Below the pieces are notes generated by a model, which saw nothing but the letters and a program-made list of their open reading frames with translations, was not told where the DNA came from and made no database searches. DNA of 64,000 nucleotides from Myxococcota bacterium (GTDB taxonomy: Bacteria > Myxococcota > XYA12-FULL-58-9 > JABJBS01): contig JAYZAY010000011.1 of NCBI GenBank assembly GCA_036339465.1, positions 96,001-160,000 on the forward strand. Reading direction: 5' to 3'. The position numbers and the translations under genes were made by a program. This document shows, piece after piece, positions 61,741 through 64,000 of the stretch. Position 1 is the first letter of the stretch, and the number at the start of each line of letters is the position of its first letter.

Positions 61741-62577
61741 TTATTTTTGAACTTTTGGCACCCAAGCGGTTGTGCGGCCACCAATGGTCACAAACTCTAT
61801 TGCGTCTCCTGAATGAGTTTTGGCGTTTTTTTCTTTCTTCCAGCGGTGGTGAAAGATCCACGTGTTTGGGAAAAGACGTTTGTCTGCATTTACCTCGACG
61901 GCTTTGTGGACCACCAAGTTCAGTGAGTGATGAAGTTCTTCGATTTCCTTTGAGGTCAATGTTGCTCCATTTCGCAGAGGATCTAATTTTGCTTGGTAGA
62001 GAACTTCATCGGCGATCCAATTCCCAACCCCAGCGGCGAATGTTTGATTCAGTAATAAGCTCTTTAATTTGCCTCTTTTTCTCTTCAGGAGCTGTGTGAA
62101 TATAGTCAATGAGGGCATTGCTTCTAGTGGGTCGAAGCCAAGTTTCGCAATCACATCATGTTTTTCGGGGGTGCCAGCCAAGAATATCCTGCCCAAACGT
62201 CTTTTATTAACCATGGCCAATTGGGCCCCGTTACTCAGACGAATGTAAAACTTGGTGTATTTCGGAGGCCATGGATTTTCGCCTTTTGTGGGGCTACTTT
62301 CCAACTGGATACTCGGCTCGTCGGGGGAAAAAAATCCGCCAGTCATGCCAAAATGAAAAATTGGGTGGGGCGGTTCTTCTAAAATCATCCACATATATTT
62401 GCCTTTTCGACCCGTATTAAGAATTGTCTTTCCCCGTAGGTGATTTTCGAGTTCTTGATGGCATTTTTCAGAGAAGACGATATCGTCTTGTTCACATTGA
62501 ACCTCGGTGGCGATTTGTCCCACGGCTTGTCGGTGAACCAGTTGTCGACTTGCTTCGACTTCCGGTAGTTCAGGCAT
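61741..62577 (-). CDS. Fpg/Nei DNA glycosylase without a zinc finger
   Basis: MPELPEVE, RKGK, HFGMTG, H2TH motif LLNQ..AGVGNWIADE; C-terminus GGRTTAWVPKVQ has no Cys. Confidence 0.9.
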   Translation of the reverse strand: MPELPEVEASRQLVHRQAVGQIATEVQCEQDDIVFSEKCHQELENHLRGKTILNTGRKGKYMWMILEEPPHPIFHFGMTGGFFSPDEPSIQLESSPTKGENPWPPKYTKFYIRLSNGAQLAMVNKRRLGRIFLAGTPEKHDVIAKLGFDPLEAMPSLTIFTQLLKRKRGKLKSLLLNQTFAAGVGNWIADEVLYQAKLDPLRNGATLTSKEIEELHHSLNLVVHKAVEVNADKRLFPNTWIFHHRWKKEKNAKTHSGDAIEFVTIGGRTTAWVPKVQK

Positions 62578-62614
62578 TTCTTTTTTCCTCTGCTAAGCCC
62601 AGGTTTGGCGATGA

Positions 62615-63307
62615 CTAAGATAAAAAGGACAGGACGGTTTGGAATACGGGGCTGATGAGATAATCCAAGCAATACCATGCTGCCAATAAACCGAGGATTC
62701 TTGCGGTAGGTTTACGAGCTTTTTCTTGAAAGTGGCTGTAAGTTTTCTTGGGGAGTATGAGGCCTAAGGCTCCGCTTCCGTCCAATGGAGGGATGGGGAT
62801 GAGATTGAAGACAGCCAAAATAAGATTTAGGCTCAAAGTAATACTTATTATTCTGACCAACCCCGAGTCGGCAGGATTTAACGAATAGAAAAGAGATTCG
62901 AAATTGAGCTGCGCCGATATTTGCCAAATTCCGGATGAGACCTTCGGATAAGCGTAGCCGAAGGCGGCGCCGGCGAGTGTTAGATTGGCTGCGGGCCCGG
63001 CAAGCGACATGAACGCGGCTCTTCTAGGGAATGCTTTCGCCCAATTTGGGCTGTAGGGGGTGCTGCCCCAGCCAATAACCCAGCCTTGTAACATGACGCT
63101 AAGGACTGGGATCACAAGCATGCCGGCAGGTTCTCGCTTAATGAACGGGATTGGGTTCATGCTAACCTGTTTTTCTAAGAAAGCGGTTCGGTCGCCACCC
63201 CATAGAGCCACAAGTCCGTGGGCGGCTTCGTGTAAGACGGTTGAGAGCAAGAAGATCCCATACCAGAGTAGGGCCGAGGTAATCTCAGAGGTCATGAACA
63301 ACCCCAA
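62615..63307 (-). CDS. Site-2 protease (M50 family)
   Basis: HEAAH, AGPAAN, FNLIPIPPLDG. Confidence 0.92.
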   Translation of the reverse strand: MGLFMTSEITSALLWYGIFLLSTVLHEAAHGLVALWGGDRTAFLEKQVSMNPIPFIKREPAGMLVIPVLSVMLQGWVIGWGSTPYSPNWAKAFPRRAAFMSLAGPAANLTLAGAAFGYAYPKVSSGIWQISAQLNFESLFYSLNPADSGLVRIISITLSLNLILAVFNLIPIPPLDGSGALGLILPKKTYSHFQEKARKPTARILGLLAAWYCLDYLISPVFQTVLSFLS

Positions 63308-63392
63308 TAATAGAAAAATGTCAGCTTGACTAGGGTATTCACTGGAGTTTGGGTTTACCTGCTCAGGGTTTCAAGGATAGGGGGAGCAGCAG

Positions 63393-64000
63393 ATGAGAGA
63401 GCTTTTTCGACAACATGCCGTTCCATGGTTAAATGAAGAGATGGCTGAACATCGAGCCACGCCGTTCCTTGGTGTTTTTGTGGCTTTATTGTTTTTTTGG
63501 GGTTTGGCTATTGTTCCTGTCTGGATAGAGGCAGCGCAATATTGCCATTCTCACTACGATCTTGGAATTTATACCCAAGCGGTGTCTCTTCTGGATTGGG
63601 ACAATCTTAATCCATGGTTGACTGGGCGACAGGTCTTTATTGTTAACGACCATTTTGATCCGATCCTGATTGTAGCAGCACCACTCAAATTGCTCCTGTC
63701 TCCCTATAAAGCCGTTCTTGTGGCCGAAGCCCTGATTGTGAGTTCTGTGGTTTTACCGGTTCTTTGGCTTTGGAAACTTCAATTGCTTCAGGCTCATGGG
63801 GCAGTTCTTCTGGCCTCCACACTTTTACTTAATTCTAGTTTAATTACCGCGGTACGATTTCCTGTCCATCCCACGACCTGGGCTGTGACGCCCATGGCTT
63901 GGATGTTGGCAGCGGTCATTGCCAAACGGCCTTGGCATGTTTTTTGGGCTTTTAACGTTCTGTGTGCTTGTAAGGAGGAATTTCCTTTTCTGGGTATTAT
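63393..64000 (+). CDS. DUF2079-like membrane protein (partial, runs off the window end)
   Basis: Manual translation from the ATG at 63393: YDLGIYTQ, DHFDPIL, FPVHPTTW, CKEE; absent from the ORF track because it has no stop codon in the window. Confidence 0.7.
   Translation, partial: MRELFRQHAVPWLNEEMAEHRATPFLGVFVALLFFWGLAIVPVWIEAAQYCHSHYDLGIYTQAVSLLDWDNLNPWLTGRQVFIVNDHFDPILIVAAPLKLLLSPYKAVLVAEALIVSSVVLPVLWLWKLQLLQAHGAVLLASTLLLNSSLITAVRFPVHPTTWAVTPMAWMLAAVIAKRPWHVFWAFNVLCACKEEFPFLGI

Overview
64 kb of a bacterial chromosome, most likely a Myxococcota/deltaproteobacterial lineage (inferred from pilB-[pilT]-pilC synteny, a pilin-pilG-pilH-pilI block, a myxobacterial-type PilZ domain and a REC-DUF4388 protein). 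It is mostly core genome: slt, comEC, a long minus-strand kdsB-pyrG-kdsA-kdsC-acyltransferase-lptA-lptB-rpoN-ptsN-hprK-rapZ-EIIA-HPr-EI run, Rrf2-rpoH, tamB/bamA-like genes, coaBC, rho, type IV pilus genes and ychF, followed by an accessory-looking stretch. I found no rRNA, tRNA, CRISPR array, integrase or transposase. Highlights: (1) a soluble adenylate cyclase fused to an intact-motif PilZ domain and a degenerate GGDEF domain that keeps its RxxD I-site, a candidate c-di-GMP-to-cAMP converter; (2) a hidden pilT pseudogene, split over three frames with its ATPase core deleted, between intact pilB and pilC; (3) an orphan flagellin with eroded D0 termini; (4) a DUF2200 cassette flanked by an 18-bp duplication of the ychF 3' end; (5) a duplicated, apparently leaderless promoter plus a truncated receiver paralogue upstream of a hybrid kinase; (6) wider signs of gene erosion (degenerate ptsN, Cys-less Rrf2, no hpf/lptC/kdsD/pilSR at their usual positions). 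All family calls come from motif recognition by eye; no database searches were run.
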